A DNA stretch of 64,000 bases from Lama guanicoe (Eukaryota). The position numbers and the translations under genes are program-made. The DNA lies in the NCBI GenBank assembly GCA_013239625.1, contig MU054187.1, positions 20,835,280-20,899,279 of the forward strand, read 5' to 3'. This document shows positions 51,750 through 64,000 of this stretch, one piece after another (within the stretch, counting starts at the first letter, position 1; each line of letters starts with the position of its first letter). The notes under the pieces were generated by a model. It saw nothing but the letters and a program-made list of their open reading frames with translations, ran no database searches and had not been told where the DNA came from.

Positions 51750-52859
51750 ACACTGTTGACATGGAAGACAAAGTCCCTCGGGATAGTTTTTGTAGAAAAT
51801 AAGGGATTTTTTGTTTGTTTTCTGGTGGGGGGGGGTTACATGAGGGAGGTCAAATAATGGTTTGGAAACCAAAATAGGAAACAGAAAGAGGTCCTTGCTT
51901 AGAAACTTAAAGAGATGTATACCCAGATCAGAGCCTAGCTCATAGTAAGCACTGAGTTACTATTAGTTAGTATCAGTATTGCTATTATTATTATGATAAG
52001 TAAATATAGCTAACACCAAGTCCATCCAACACAGAAAAACGTGTTTGTTTGTTTGTTTGTTTCGATTATACTAAGAAGTTTCATTTCCTACCATATAACC
52101 ATCCTCCAACCCCACCAGTTCCCTGTGGAGAATAAACTCCTGCTCTAAACTCAGCAAGCTGGCTACAATTGCCAACATATAAAACCTTGTCATTCTCATT
52201 AAACCACTCTTACACACAAGCCTCTCGGATTGATGGAGATTGGTAAAGGCCCAACTCCCCTCCAGGGAACCCTTTTTCTGTCCTTTTATTAATTACCAGT
52301 GTTATAACCACAAGGACCTCAGGGAGGCACTGCCTCCAGCACGCTCACTTGGGTGAATACAGGCAGGCTAGATGTTAAATACTTTCTACAAAGTCTGGGG
52401 AATGAATACCGGTTAACTCGCACCAAAAGGTGGCGAGGACAATCAGGGATTCACAAGCCTCGTGTGCGTCAGGGGCTGGGGGTGGTTCGAATTCTAACAT
52501 TCAGGGAGGCCATCCAAGCTCTTTTTCAATATGAACTCAAGAGAGCAGAGCCTGATGCAGTCTGCTCTGTTGTGGGCTGAAGCTCAACTCGGGAAATCAC
52601 TGCACTAACCCCATGTTGTGTAAACTTGCAAGTCATAGCAGCCGTCTGGAGTAATTATTAAAAATAAAAAATTAAGCTCTGGCCCTTTTCCCTACAGCCT
52701 ACTACTTAGTACACAGAAATTAGACTTGGGAATCCATATTTATGAGAAGAACCTCCAGGTGATTCTTTTGCTAAAGAAAGTTTGCTAAACTCTGTATTAA
52801 CTAATTGATTCTAGATTCTCACACACTCCTTAGCCAGGAAGCACTCAGGCTTCTAGAGC

Positions 52860-52995
52860 TTTGTGGCTCAAAGTGAGGTCAGCGGACCCACCACACTGGT
52901 GTCACCTAGAAGATCTTTTTGGAAATTCAGAAGCTTAGACCCAACCTCAAACTAGTGAGTCAGAATCCACATTTTACTAAAGTTGCCAAGTGATT
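52860..52995. mobile_element. MER5A-like hAT MITE
   Basis: tcaaagtgaggtcagcggacc...tcacctagaagatc...gaaattcagaagc...gagtcagaatccacattttactaa. Confidence 0.7.
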
Positions 52996-53689
52996 AGAGT
53001 TTTAAGATACAGAGCCTGCAGCCTTGCTAAAGAAACCCTATCTGCTCATCCCCGGCCAGCTGTCGTCTGGAGGAGGCCATCTTTCTTTTTCCGCTGGGAA
53101 GCACGTCTGATTCCCCCTTTCCTACAGGGACAGTCCAAACAAGCTTCTCGTATCATTCACTGCTTCATCTTAGATTGACTTTTCCTAACTCAGTCCCCTA
53201 ACTCAGAAAAGCCAAGAACCACAATCGACCCATTGTCTTTGACGATCTCCCTCCTGGATCCCTGACATCTCTGAATGGAGAGTACAGTGAGGACCAGGGA
53301 GCAGCTGTGGAGAGATCTATTCTAACTCAATATTAGAAACCACGGCACTAAGAATCTAAGCTGTCCACGGAAGGCAAAAGGCAGATATTGCAAAATAAAT
53401 TGAGTTGTGCTTCCCAGGAAGCTTCAAAAAAATATTCTGGTAGACTGACAGATGCTGAGAAAAAGATTCCAGCACCTAAGATACAATTTCTTACTTTTGA
53501 TAGCCCTGCCAGTCATAATTTTATATGCTAAGTATCAATATATAATACTTTTCACATTCCAGAAACAATAATATTATCCTTTATATTTCCAGTGTGTTCT
53601 TATTTAAGTTTATGTAATATTAAGTTTAAAAAGTTGCAATAATTAAATAAGTTTGAAAATCAGTCATTGAACTAACAAGTTTTCATTAC

Positions 53690-53855
53690 CGTACTTCTCA
53701 GAGCCTTTAATATGTTACTGTTCCTTATGACCTTCCAAGATGAGGAGAAAGAATGGAATGTTTTTCAACATTATTTGACCATAGGTTACTTTTTTTTTTT
53801 TAACAGAATTTCTCATAGCAGTATGCTCTGTGGAACACAATTTGGAAAATAAAAA
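53690..53855. mobile_element. hAT-Charlie-derived MITE remnant
   Basis: ttatttgaccatag...ctgtggaacacaatttggaaaa resembles Charlie-derived MITE ends. Confidence 0.5.
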
Positions 53856-55574
53856 CGCATCAAATAAGTCCTCAAATGCATGAAATCCAGTAAGAATTGT
53901 GTTCAGTATTTTCCTATCTAGCACAGCATCTGTACGCTCCACCACCTTCCATGGGAACATGTTACCGTGAATAAAGGTATGTCATCACAATCATGTAGTC
54001 TGCGACATTTTAACTTCCACATCTTTCAGAATATAAGCTATTCCAGTACTATTAATAATTTTGGTATTTTTTCACATAAGCTTCATTGCATTTGACATGC
54101 TTGAAACACTAAAAGAACAAAATATTGGATTTTCCCCTTTTTATTTAAAAAATGTGATTATTTAGGATATATAAACATGTTTTTAGCTGTTGCCATAGTA
54201 CCAGATTGTATTATCCCATTTTGTTTTAATTTGGTAAGTCTGCATTTTAATTAATGGATATCAAAACTGAAAAAAAATATGTCAAATTTAGGATGTCTCC
54301 CTAGAGATAGACAATTTGATTGATTCATTTACACTTGAAAAACCTGACCCTTTCTCAAGTTCTGCCATTGGTATAATAATTCAACACGGGCTCACTGCTT
54401 GGCAAAATTCAGACCATCTCACTGACCTCCATATCTGGTTATAGAAATAAGCTGTATAACGTGTGTGTTCATACAGGCAAACAGACACACACACATGCAC
54501 CCACACACTCTACAACCTGATGGGACTTGCCAATCCAATCATGTGGGCTGTCCTAATGATAAATGTTGATGATTGCACAATTGCATCAGTAGCTGCCATT
54601 GGAATCAATTACTGAGATGGCTCAAATACTCACATTGGCTTTATTGTGTTCTGGTCATTTCATGTTTATAGCTCAGCCTTTGCAAAGTCACTTTAAATGG
54701 ATTTGAAATAGGAGCATTTCTTCAATCAGCCTTCATGACAACTAGTTCCATGCTCCATACTGATGCAATAAAAATATTGTCATTTTTCCCTTTGCACCTC
54801 AAGAATGAAATAACACATGCTATATAAACATTCAGATATTGCAATGATTTATCATCCGGAAAAAAAAATGAGATTCCAATATTACTTTGAAGGAGGTGGG
54901 GAACTGCCAATGTAAACAGTCAGAGAGAATTCTCATTGTGCTGAACCAGATGTATCTGAGCCCTTTTGGTGTTTTTCAATTCACATTTTACAGTGTACAT
55001 ACACACTTAAAAGGGTAGTAATGTAAAACTGAAATGTATAATCTTGAATAGCCAACAAAGTGTATTTTAAAAAATCTAGCTCTAAGTTGAAAAATCTATT
55101 GGAAAGAAATGTTAGCAATTCCTTTAAAAATGAATTAGCTAAAATAATTACAAGAGTAAAACGGTCATTTAGAAACTTATTTTGATAACATTAGAATACT
55201 TGATAACTCCGGGGCCCAGTTTCCTGGGAAATAGAATTATAGTTCAAATAACAAGAAGTGTGTGAAAGTTATAGTTACATCTGAGAATAGATCTTGTTTA
55301 CGAGACTAAGGTTTGGCATACTGAGTCATTGTGTCTATAAACCAGCTATGCATATTAAAAGAATTTTCATTTTTATTATTTAGATCTGTGGGATGGATCC
55401 AATCATCTTAACTACCCAGAGATTAAAATTAAGTTCATACAACATCAGTTGCTTGTACTCCCTTGTCTGCACTCTATACGTTTTTCTTTCCCGTATCTAG
55501 TGACTGAAATATACTAATGCCCATATTAAGTTGAAATTATTGCCGCATGCTTTTTCTTGTTTCCTGAGGTCCAA

Positions 55575-56165
55575 TTTTGTGTGTGTGTGTTTTATTGAAG
55601 TAAAGTCAGTTACAAGGTGTCAGTTTCTGGTGTACAGCACACTGTCCCAGTCATGCATACACATACATATATTCATTTTCATATTCTTTTTCATTAGGGT
55701 TATTACAACATATTGAATATAGTTCTTTGCACTGTACAGAAGAAATTTGTTTTTTAAATCTATTTTTATACACAGTGGCTAACATTTGTAAATCTCAAAC
55801 TCCCAAATTTATTCCTTCCCGCTCCTTTTCCCCAGTAACCGTAAGACTGTTTACTATGTCTGTGAGTCTGTGTATGTTTTATAGATGAGTTCATTAGTGT
55901 CCTCTTTTTCCTTTTTTTTAGATTCCACATATGAGTGATATCATATTGCATTCTTCTTTCTCTTTCTGGCTTACTTCCCTTAGAATGATGATTTCTAGGT
56001 CCATCCATGTTGCTGCATGTGGCATTATTTTATTCTTTTTTATGGCTGAGGAGTATTCCATTGTGTAAATAGACCACAATTTCTTTATCTGTTGATGGCC
56101 ATTTAGGTTGTTTCCATGTCTTGGCTATTGCACATATAGTGCTGCTATGACCATTGGGGTGCAGA
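55575..56165 (-). mobile_element. Young L1 3' end
   Basis: ttttattgaagtaaagtcagttaca...agattccacatatgagtgatatcata...ctatgaccattggggtgca. Confidence 0.92.
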
Positions 56166-56210
56166 TTTCATGTTTCTAACTCGAGACACTGATTATCAGT
56201 GTAGGATAAG

Positions 56211-56362
56211 TGATGGATCGAATACTTGTGTCCCTTCAAAATTCATATATTGAAGCCCTAACCCCCAGTGCAATATTTGGAGTTAGGGCCTTTGGGAGAT
56301 AATTATGTTTAGATGAGATCGTGAGGCTGGGGCTGTAACAGTGGGACTAGTGTCCTTATAGG
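56211..56362 (+). mobile_element. MaLR LTR 5' fragment (MLT1/MST-like)
   Basis: tgtgtcccttcaaaattcatatattgaagccctaaccccc...gggcctttgggagataatta...tagtgtccttata. Confidence 0.85.
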
Positions 56363-56635
56363 GCCACTCCCATTATTTTTATTTCTATGTGCTTTTCCTC
56401 TAAATCTGGAAGGTGTTCTCAAGTTTGTCAACTCAGCTAGAGAGCTGACTAGTTGACAAGAGAAACTAGTGATCTCTTTTCCAAAAAATCAGTAACACTC
56501 AGTGAACCTAATACTGATTTTGACTATTTTATTAATCTTGTTTTCTTTCAATCTTTTCTTTTAATTATTTCACCTCTATATTCATCATAGCCACTGACTT
56601 GGAAATTCACCCTTTGCAATTTTTTTTAGCTTATA

Positions 56636-56838
56636 CAGTTGGTCCTTGAACAACATGGGTTTGAACAGCACAGGTCCATTTATACAAGGATTTTTTTCAA
56701 TAAATACATACTACAGTAACAGACAATCCAAAGTTGGTTGAACCTGTGAATACAAGGGTGAACTATAAGGTTATAGATGGATTTTCTACTGTGCAGGGGC
56801 CGGCTCCTCTAACCCCCACCTTGTTCAAGGGTCAACTG
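56636..56838. mobile_element. Tigger2-derived MITE (MER8/Tigger2a-like)
   Basis: TIRs CAGTTGGTCCTTGAACAA and TTGTTCAAGGGTCAACTG; TA on both sides (56634-56635, 56839-56840). Confidence 0.93.
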
Positions 56839-59800
56839 TATTTTCCATAATAGCTTCTGATTTTTGCTCCTGTTTCACAGAGGCAATGTGCTTCTAATCC
56901 CTGAAAGCACAAAATATTTTTTTTAAAACTCTGGCTCCTATGCTATAACCTATTTTATGAAGTTTGCCCTTCTTTTGAATCTTCACAATACGCAACTAAT
57001 TTCATTATAATCCTCTGATGTTAGGCCTTATCATTTTTGTCTTCTCTTCCTCAAATGAGAGGAGATTTGTCCAAATAGGGATTCACTTATCAATGCTAAT
57101 GTGACTCGATTTATCCCACTTCAGATCCACTTAGATGAGAGTAAAAATGTTCTTGTGAAGTCGGCACACAGAGGGTAGGCTGTTAAATGGCTTGCAGCCA
57201 TGTTGCAGTGTGGGTGGGCACGGCCTTCAGTAGAGCTTGGCTGAACACAAGGAGAGGATCCACCTGCTCCATGGGTAAATCAGTGGACAACACAAAAGAC
57301 ACCAACACTAATTATGCACTGGGACTAGCATCCTTCCTTTGCCACAACACACATAGCCATCCAAACCCTGCACTCGAGAGTTTCACTCTTTGAAGGAGAA
57401 TGCAGTGACTCACTGTCAGTTTCCCCACTCAGGTTCTTTTTTTTTTTTCAGTTATCCATATAAACCATAAAATGAGACGCTAATATAATTTGGGTCAAGG
57501 AAACAAATACTTTGGTCTCTTCTTCAAGCGATGTTAACAATAGATGTTTGACTATTTAGACCCGACTTGCTGGAAGAATTTTTAAAATAGTGCCAACAGA
57601 GCACAGAACAGACATTTCTTAACTCTCCTTATTTTCAGGACAGTATATTTGGATTTACTGCAATACAAATGGCAAAACAGAGGAGAGCCTCAGCTTTAGA
57701 ATTCACTTCAGCACCAGTAGTTTTGTAGTTAGTGGAAAAAGCATTTCAGATTTGCCAATCTATTGACTCTTACAAAACAAACTTCATAGGCACTGATGTT
57801 AAAAGTTTTTCTTCCCTTTCTATCTTTAAGTATGTTAGATAGTTGGTTCAGGTTAAGAAAGAAACTGCTAAGGCGGTATCATTTTACCAGAAGTCACCCT
57901 AAACCTATTTCTCACACAATAAAAAAAATATATTTACCCATAATTAATGAGGTAAAAAATGGATTATCATCTAAAGCCTGATATATACAAACATAATTAG
58001 AGTAATAGGGAAAGAGTTAAGAAAGTCATCATTCCTTTTCAAGCTATAATTGGATCAAACACGCTTGATGATAACACAATTATACAGGATGCTACATTTA
58101 CAAACTGTTAGCCTCCTGTATTGCCAAGGAATGCTCAAAGGAAGAGAAGAGGCAGAAGGAGGCTGAACTAATTAGAGGACATGCTAATCACTAGGTTGAT
58201 GTCCAGCACAACCAGCTCACTAATCAATGGCAGAGTCCATGTGGAAGCCTACCATTGTATGTTGTCTGAAAAATCTCGGTGAATTTTCAAAGACACATTT
58301 AGCAGCCTTGTAGATTGCTTATGACCCTGTTAACTTGTAACAAAGCATCCCTAATACACTTATTGAAAAGTTTCCACCATTAAAAAGTGGACATCTAAAA
58401 ATAAAATAAAAATAAGAATCATTAAATTAAAAAAAAAAAAACAAGTGGGCATCTAAAGACCTGGGACTTGGTAGCACACAGTTTTTTTACCTGCTGGCCT
58501 TGGTGTTTTATGTGGCCTCGATGACTCTCTGCATTGACACAATAAACATTTGGTTTTGTGTTTGCTTTTCTAGGGGAGCATGTGGTATTGACCCCAATCT
58601 CTTCTTTTTATTGTCCAGTAATTGGTATCTACCCATATTTCTCTTTAGATAGGCATAACCTAATTAACTTCAAGTGTTCTGATGTAAAACTTTTATTTTT
58701 CTTAGGCGGCAACTCTGAGTACTTTGATTTGACCTGACATCTCATCTCACATAAGAATTTCTACAGATCAATGTGTGCCTTCCCCAGCTTTGAGTTATAG
58801 CTCAGTGTTCTGGAAGAAACTTGGTCAAATTCCCCTGTGCGGGACTAAAAAAAGACAGGACATGCCCTCTCCCTCAACTCTCACCATGCAATTAATTTTC
58901 CCTCCACCTTCAGAAAAAGAGTAAATTAAAAATGTGAACCTGCAGAGTAGAGTGGGGAAAAAAGACTCTGAAGCCAGGCAGCTTCAGTCAGAATGCTAGC
59001 TCTGTTATTTATTAGAGCAATGATATCGTACAGGATATTTAAAGCTGGAGCAAAGGAGAAAAGACCTGACAGCTTAGCTCTGAGGATGATATGACTTTAA
59101 TCAGAACAACTGAACTTGCAAAAATTTTTGTGAGGAATTGCTTTTTATAAAAACTCTGCCTCCTCAGTGTTTTCATGTAAATAATATGGAATGGAGAAGG
59201 AAATGCTGACTAGACTATCTCAAAGTCAGGTCTTCCTGTAAATTATCTGTACTCATAATTTTTGTAAATTAAGGTCAGTAAAAGGAGTTAGACTGTTTAC
59301 CCCGTTAGAAGCAGTTGCCCAATGGTAAGCAGAAACCAATCAATTTATTTGCTTCTTCCATTAAAACAAAAACCAAAAAAAAAAAAATCCACAGTTATGG
59401 TCTTTTAAAAAATAATCTTTCAAGCAGACAGCTGAAATTCGAGTGGACCGTAATGAGCGGCCATTGGCTTATTCATTCAAACATACTCAGATAAAACCCA
59501 AGTGAGAGAAATTAGATCTAGAACTCTCTGATGTTCAAATTACTCCTCTGGGGTCATACAATCTCAGTTGTAAGAACATCTCCTTTAGCAGGTTATAGAT
59601 GTCCTGGGCAGCCCTGGTATTCATTCTGTAAACATTCCCAAGAGATAAAGGCACTGGATAACCCTAGTCAAAATGACTACACAGAACCAAACCAAAAAAT
59701 GTCATTTCAAGCTTCATAGTGAACTGAAAGGAAAGCATTTCAGTACAATAGGAAATTCTTCCCAAACTCAAAGATTCAACCTGCCGCCACTGTCTTAAAG

Positions 59801-60027
59801 AAGGAAATGGTTTTAGATCACCAGGCTGACCCCAAGGATATGAATAATTACGACATGGGGAATAATTAGGGGCTGCTTTTCACTTCAACAAAAAGCAGAA
59901 CAAGAGGAAATAGGTCTAATTTATGAGAAATGGCATCGCACACATCTCTAAGAGGCTGTCTGCCTCATCACCTGTGGTAGTTTAGGCAAAGCCATGCTGC
60001 GGATGAGAGAAAGGAGAGAACGGATGA

Positions 60028-60060
60028 GAGAAATGGAGAGACTCCATCTCTCCATTTCTC
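60028..60060. repeat. Perfect 14-bp inverted repeat with 5-nt spacer
   Basis: GAGAAATGGAGAGA-ctcca-TCTCTCCATTTCTC. Confidence 0.93.
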
Positions 60061-61402
60061 GCTCTGTGCTTCCCTGATGCCACAAGTGCACTTTGAGAGT
60101 CACCATTCTGGAGCAGCATAGGACAATAACGTTTCTCCTGGAAAGAGATGATTTTCAGTCTCTACAACCATAAAATTACATCCAAGAGGCAGCTGAAGAT
60201 TTTTAGGAAAAAAAAAGTTCAATTTACATTTCACTTTCTGAAATTAAAAGTTTACAATACTAGCTACTAGCAAATAAAAATTCTCTAAAAGTAAATTTGC
60301 TGTCCTCACTTGTTCTTTGGGGTAAATCAATTTTTCCAGGTGTTAACACATTACCACACTTACAATACAGTGCAGTATTATACAGTTTGACTTATAAAGA
60401 GCAATGGACTTCTTTATTTTGAAAGTATGACTAGCTTCTCTTTTCTAAGAAAATACCCCTTATGAGTGTTAATGAACCACAGCTGCCTCCAAGTTATTAA
60501 GTGCAATTGTCTGCTCAGTGGCGCATTTGACCCGTTGTTCCTTCTTCTCATTTCTTAGCATATCTTCCATTTTGGCAATTTTACTGCTTATCCAAAACTA
60601 CCCCAATGGGTGCAGGGGGAAATAAAAAAGAGATAAAATATCCATCAGTTAATTGACTCCTGCCTAATAGCATAGGGACAGTTTGATGGACCTTAAACAT
60701 CATTGTTAAAATGAGGTTTGAAAATCATCTATGATCGATGTGACACTTTCTATATTCAAATACATTACAACACACAATCAAGGTTTGATTGTACTAACTA
60801 TACTTAGATTTCTGCTTTAAATGAGGACTTTGCTTATCTCAGATCATTCTTGTCATGAATTTTTTAAAAACCTGGTAGTCTCCAAATATTTGCATATTAC
60901 CTTTATCTTTTAGGCACTAAAACACTGTCCCCGAATGACTCACTTGAATTTACTGATAATCAAACTGAAGGAGATATAAGTTCTCTTAGGGCTGATACAC
61001 GTCTTCTGCCTTTATGGGAAACAGCCAGTAGCACGTTCTCTTTTGTTCCTCCTTCTTTTGTAATAACTTAAGACTTTCCCCCGAGGAGTATTTTTCTTTT
61101 CCTCAAACTGATATACCTCATGTGAAAAAAAAAAAAAGCTAACACTGAACTTAATTTTCTTTTCTTGTAAGTCCACTCCTACCCCACGTCATAATGCCTG
61201 CAGACTGGCCCTAAGAGTCATCCTCTAAGGATACACGTGTTTGTAGTTGGCTGCTGTAGCCTCCTGAGTGGTTTCAACAAACCATAAATATTCAGTTATT
61301 TCCATTTTTCTCATTTTTCTCCTTAAGTCAATCCCTTCAACTACTTCTCTTGTATTCCTCTTTTCTGATTTCTATCCTAGTTTTTATTTAACTTTCTTTC
61401 AG

Positions 61403-61789
61403 GCTTAAGAAGTCAATGAACTATTTTAATCATCTCCCTGGAGCTGTGCAAAAAGATTCAGTGACCTTCCAGTTCCTCCCTGAGGTGATGGCTCTCCACC
61501 ATTTCCTGTCCAGATCTTTGATCGTGTGGCAAGAATTCAATAGAAACTCATTCTCCACCAGAAAACAAAGAATGAGTGGGACAAAAGGCAGTTCATTTCA
61601 CAACAGTCGTTGAGAACCTATTTTTCCCCTCAAAGGATTGCAAATATGAAGAATGATCTGGGAAATGTCACTGAAAGAAAAGTGTTAAGGAACATTTCCA
61701 AGCCTTTTTTCTAAAATTGCTAAAAATCACTGAATTTGTTCTTGGAATGAAAAAAGGTCTTTACTCGTTTGTTCATCTCTACCTAAAAG
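61403..61789 (+). ncRNA. Candidate 387-nt noncoding exon
   Basis: Long pyrimidine tract ...actttctttcAG|G at 61402/61403 and AAG|GTAAGT at 61789/61790; stops in all frames. Confidence 0.3.
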
Positions 61790-61902
61790 GTAAGTATGTA
61801 CTGAATTATAACGGTTTAGATAATGTCAGACATAATTTATGTAACATAATCATGGCTGGAGTAAGCTAGTTCATTTTAAATGTCTCCTTTTACTGAAGTC
61901 AG

Positions 61903-62458
61903 TGATACAGGAAAAATGGGGTGTGAGAGGACTGCCGTGTCCCAGGTCTCTGTCAGGTCCCTGGGATGTGCTCCACCAAGTGAGGGTACTTGGCTTTGTG
62001 CAGGAAAGAATTCAAGAGCGAGCCACAGTTGACTAAAGGCAGATTTATTCAGAGAGATACTCACTCCATAGACAGAGTGTGGGCCATCTCAGAAGGCAAG
62101 AGAAAGTGACCACGAGGTGCGGGGCTGCTAGGTTTTATGGGCTCAGTAACGTCATATGCTGACAGTGGGAAGATTATTCCAACCACTTTGGGGCAGAGGT
62201 GGGGATTCTCAGGAACTGGGCCCACTTTTTGACCTTTTATGGTCAGCCTCAGAACTGTCATGGCGCCTGTGGGAGTCCCATTTACCATGCTAATATGTTA
62301 CAATGAGCATATAATGAAGCTCCTGGTCTACTGGAAGTCAAATCTCCTGCCATCTTGGACCTCAAGGTCTACTGGGAGATGAATCTTCCACAATCTTGGT
62401 GCTAATTGCTGTGTTATTCTTTTGATGGCTGTGCCCTGACCCCTTCCCTTCTGTCTCA
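61903..62458 (-). mobile_element. ERV1 solo LTR (MER41/MER51-like), antisense
   Basis: TG...CA ends; tttatt (antisense polyA signal); caggaaagaattcaagagcgagcc, gaactgtcatggcgcctg, gccatcttgg; no clear TSD. Confidence 0.88.
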
Positions 62459-62539
62459 AGAGTCATAGTGCAATACATTTTTCCCCATTCCCTACCTCCC
62501 ATACCAACACCGCATACACACACACCCTCTTTGATACCT

Positions 62540-62660
62540 ACCTCTAATGCAAACTATCCTGAGTAAACTCCTTGATGATAGAGATTTTTTTTATTCATAG
62601 CTGTATCCATTAAGCCCAAATAGATGTGTAAATACATATTTGTTGAATCAATGAATTAAT
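62540..62660 (+). mobile_element. L2 3' terminus
   Basis: gtaaactccttgatgatagagatt...aaatacatatttgttgaatcaatgaat. Confidence 0.6.
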
Positions 62661-64000
62661 TACTGAGTGCTAATGAGACACATCACATGAGACAATGTGG
62701 ATGAACAAGGCTAAAACCAACAGGAGGAAAGGAAGAAAATCTTAGAGTATTTTTTAAAAAGTCAGCACACACGTTCAAAGCCTGAGTCTAGAAATAACAT
62801 TCTCATTTTTTCTTTTATTCTAGAAAATATTAATCCTAAAGTATTACAAATAATTAGTCTCCTGTTGTTAAAGTTCCCCCACTTCATATAACCTCTGAAA
62901 CATCGACATCTTATTTAAAACAACACAAAAGTAAGTTAATCACTGAAAGTTTATTGTAGAATGTGGTATCATCCTTCTCACTACATAGCACGTGGGCCTT
63001 GTCGTTTATTGTAAAGAATCTATTAAGTCTTACTAATTGTGGGGGGAAACTGGCAACCCAGAAAAAAATAGCACACATATACTATCAAAATTTGCTAGAG
63101 GCTTAATTTTTTTTTAATTATTAAATATCTGCCACATTGGCGTTAAATTGAATAATCCATTTGAATAATGGTATCTATGAAACAAAATATAATGGAATTT
63201 TCAGAATAATATGAATTTCTCCTGCAAGCCTCTCAGAAATTCACAATGTCTCAGTGTTTTAATAAAAGAGACAACTCTTTCTTTTGACCTCCTTGTCATT
63301 ATTCTCCCTCACAAAACATAAAGAATACTAAAATTAACCATGTTAGATCAAACCATGTTCGATCAAAGTTCATATATATCTTGAACTCATTTAAGGATAT
63401 ATCTCTTTTTGAAATTTTGGACACTGATTTCCAAACTATGCCAGATGATGAGGTTTTTTTTATATTATTTTCTAATGATTCCCCATGAATCCTAAATATG
63501 TTTTCTTGCAATTAAATAGCTAACATCCTAGTCTTTAACTTGAATGCCTTCCCATAGTACACTTTTATCTCTCACCTGCCATCCTTTGACATTGTTTTGT
63601 CCTTTCGGATACTTAAATTATACCTCTTTGTTTTGGGTATAATTTGCAGCATTCATTTCACACTTACTAGAATCCTCTATCTTTTAAATGTTCAAACAAC
63701 ATTGTTTTCACTGTATTCCTAAGTTTTTGTCCCCAAGAAAGCCCTTCTGATTACAGCAAGGAGTGGTCAGTAGTTCCCCTTCAAATTCTAGGCTCTTCAG
63801 GTGATGAATCAAAACTGAAGCAGCAGCAGTAGCCGACTGGCTTCTGTTACTCGTGATTTCAGAGCTAACAGGGGTTGGCCCCAAGTTAAAACAGGCTTGA
63901 TGTGGCCATACCAGTCAGAGATGAGACAGGAAACTGTACCTGGAGTAGACTCTCTTGATGATCTGGACATGAATTTCATTATAAAATACAAGATAAATTT

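Larger units (their letters stand above)
49820..51900 (-). mobile_element. Fragmented L2 with a MER5-like insert (about 50975-51080)
   Basis: Antisense L2 motifs (ttagatttagtaattagaggtcactggtga...cagttctagtgg); approximate. Confidence 0.55.

Noticed and set aside
51571..51872. Poly-His and poly-Thr ORFs
   Set aside because: Translations of the (GGT)n microsatellite, with no splice or homology support
63808..64000. Plus-strand open frame running off the window end (...MWPYQSEMRQETVPGVDSLDDLDMNF...)
   Set aside because: Short, not recognisable, no clear in-frame acceptor, and truncated by the window

Overview
AT-rich, repeat-dense mammalian genomic DNA. It is most likely camelid (camel, alpaca or llama), because it carries two tRNA-derived Vic-1-type SINEs (27319-27498 minus, 45756-45884 plus) and young L1 3' ends. 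I find no CpG island and no recognisable host protein-coding exon. The only real protein homology in the ORF track is the L1 ORF2 C-terminus (35833-36309 minus); the other ORFs look like chance or repeat-derived frames. The window reads as intergenic or deep intronic sequence layered with L2, MIR, old L1M/HAL1, Tigger/hAT MITEs, MaLR and ERV solo LTRs, and younger TSD-flanked L1 and SINE insertions. The most notable observations are: (1) a near-perfect 51/52-bp inverted repeat at 29255-29371 that I cannot assign to a transposon; (2) a complete solo LTR (15240-15750) with tandem CCAAT repeats, an octamer and a TATA box, followed by a strong donor and a strong acceptor, suggesting an LTR-driven spliced lncRNA; (3) a 49-nt minus-strand noncoding exon candidate (18362-18410); (4) a tandem pair of CTCF-like motifs at about 12.85-12.91 kb; (5) unusual retrotransposition products: an oppositely tailed L1 5'UTR insertion (40.5-40.9 kb), a nested and inverted L1 composite (43.1-43.75 kb), and an L1 ending in a Vic-1 tail (35.4 kb). 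I cannot support a new multi-gene system. Repeat family names are recalled from consensus sequences, not database hits, and boundaries of old repeats are approximate.
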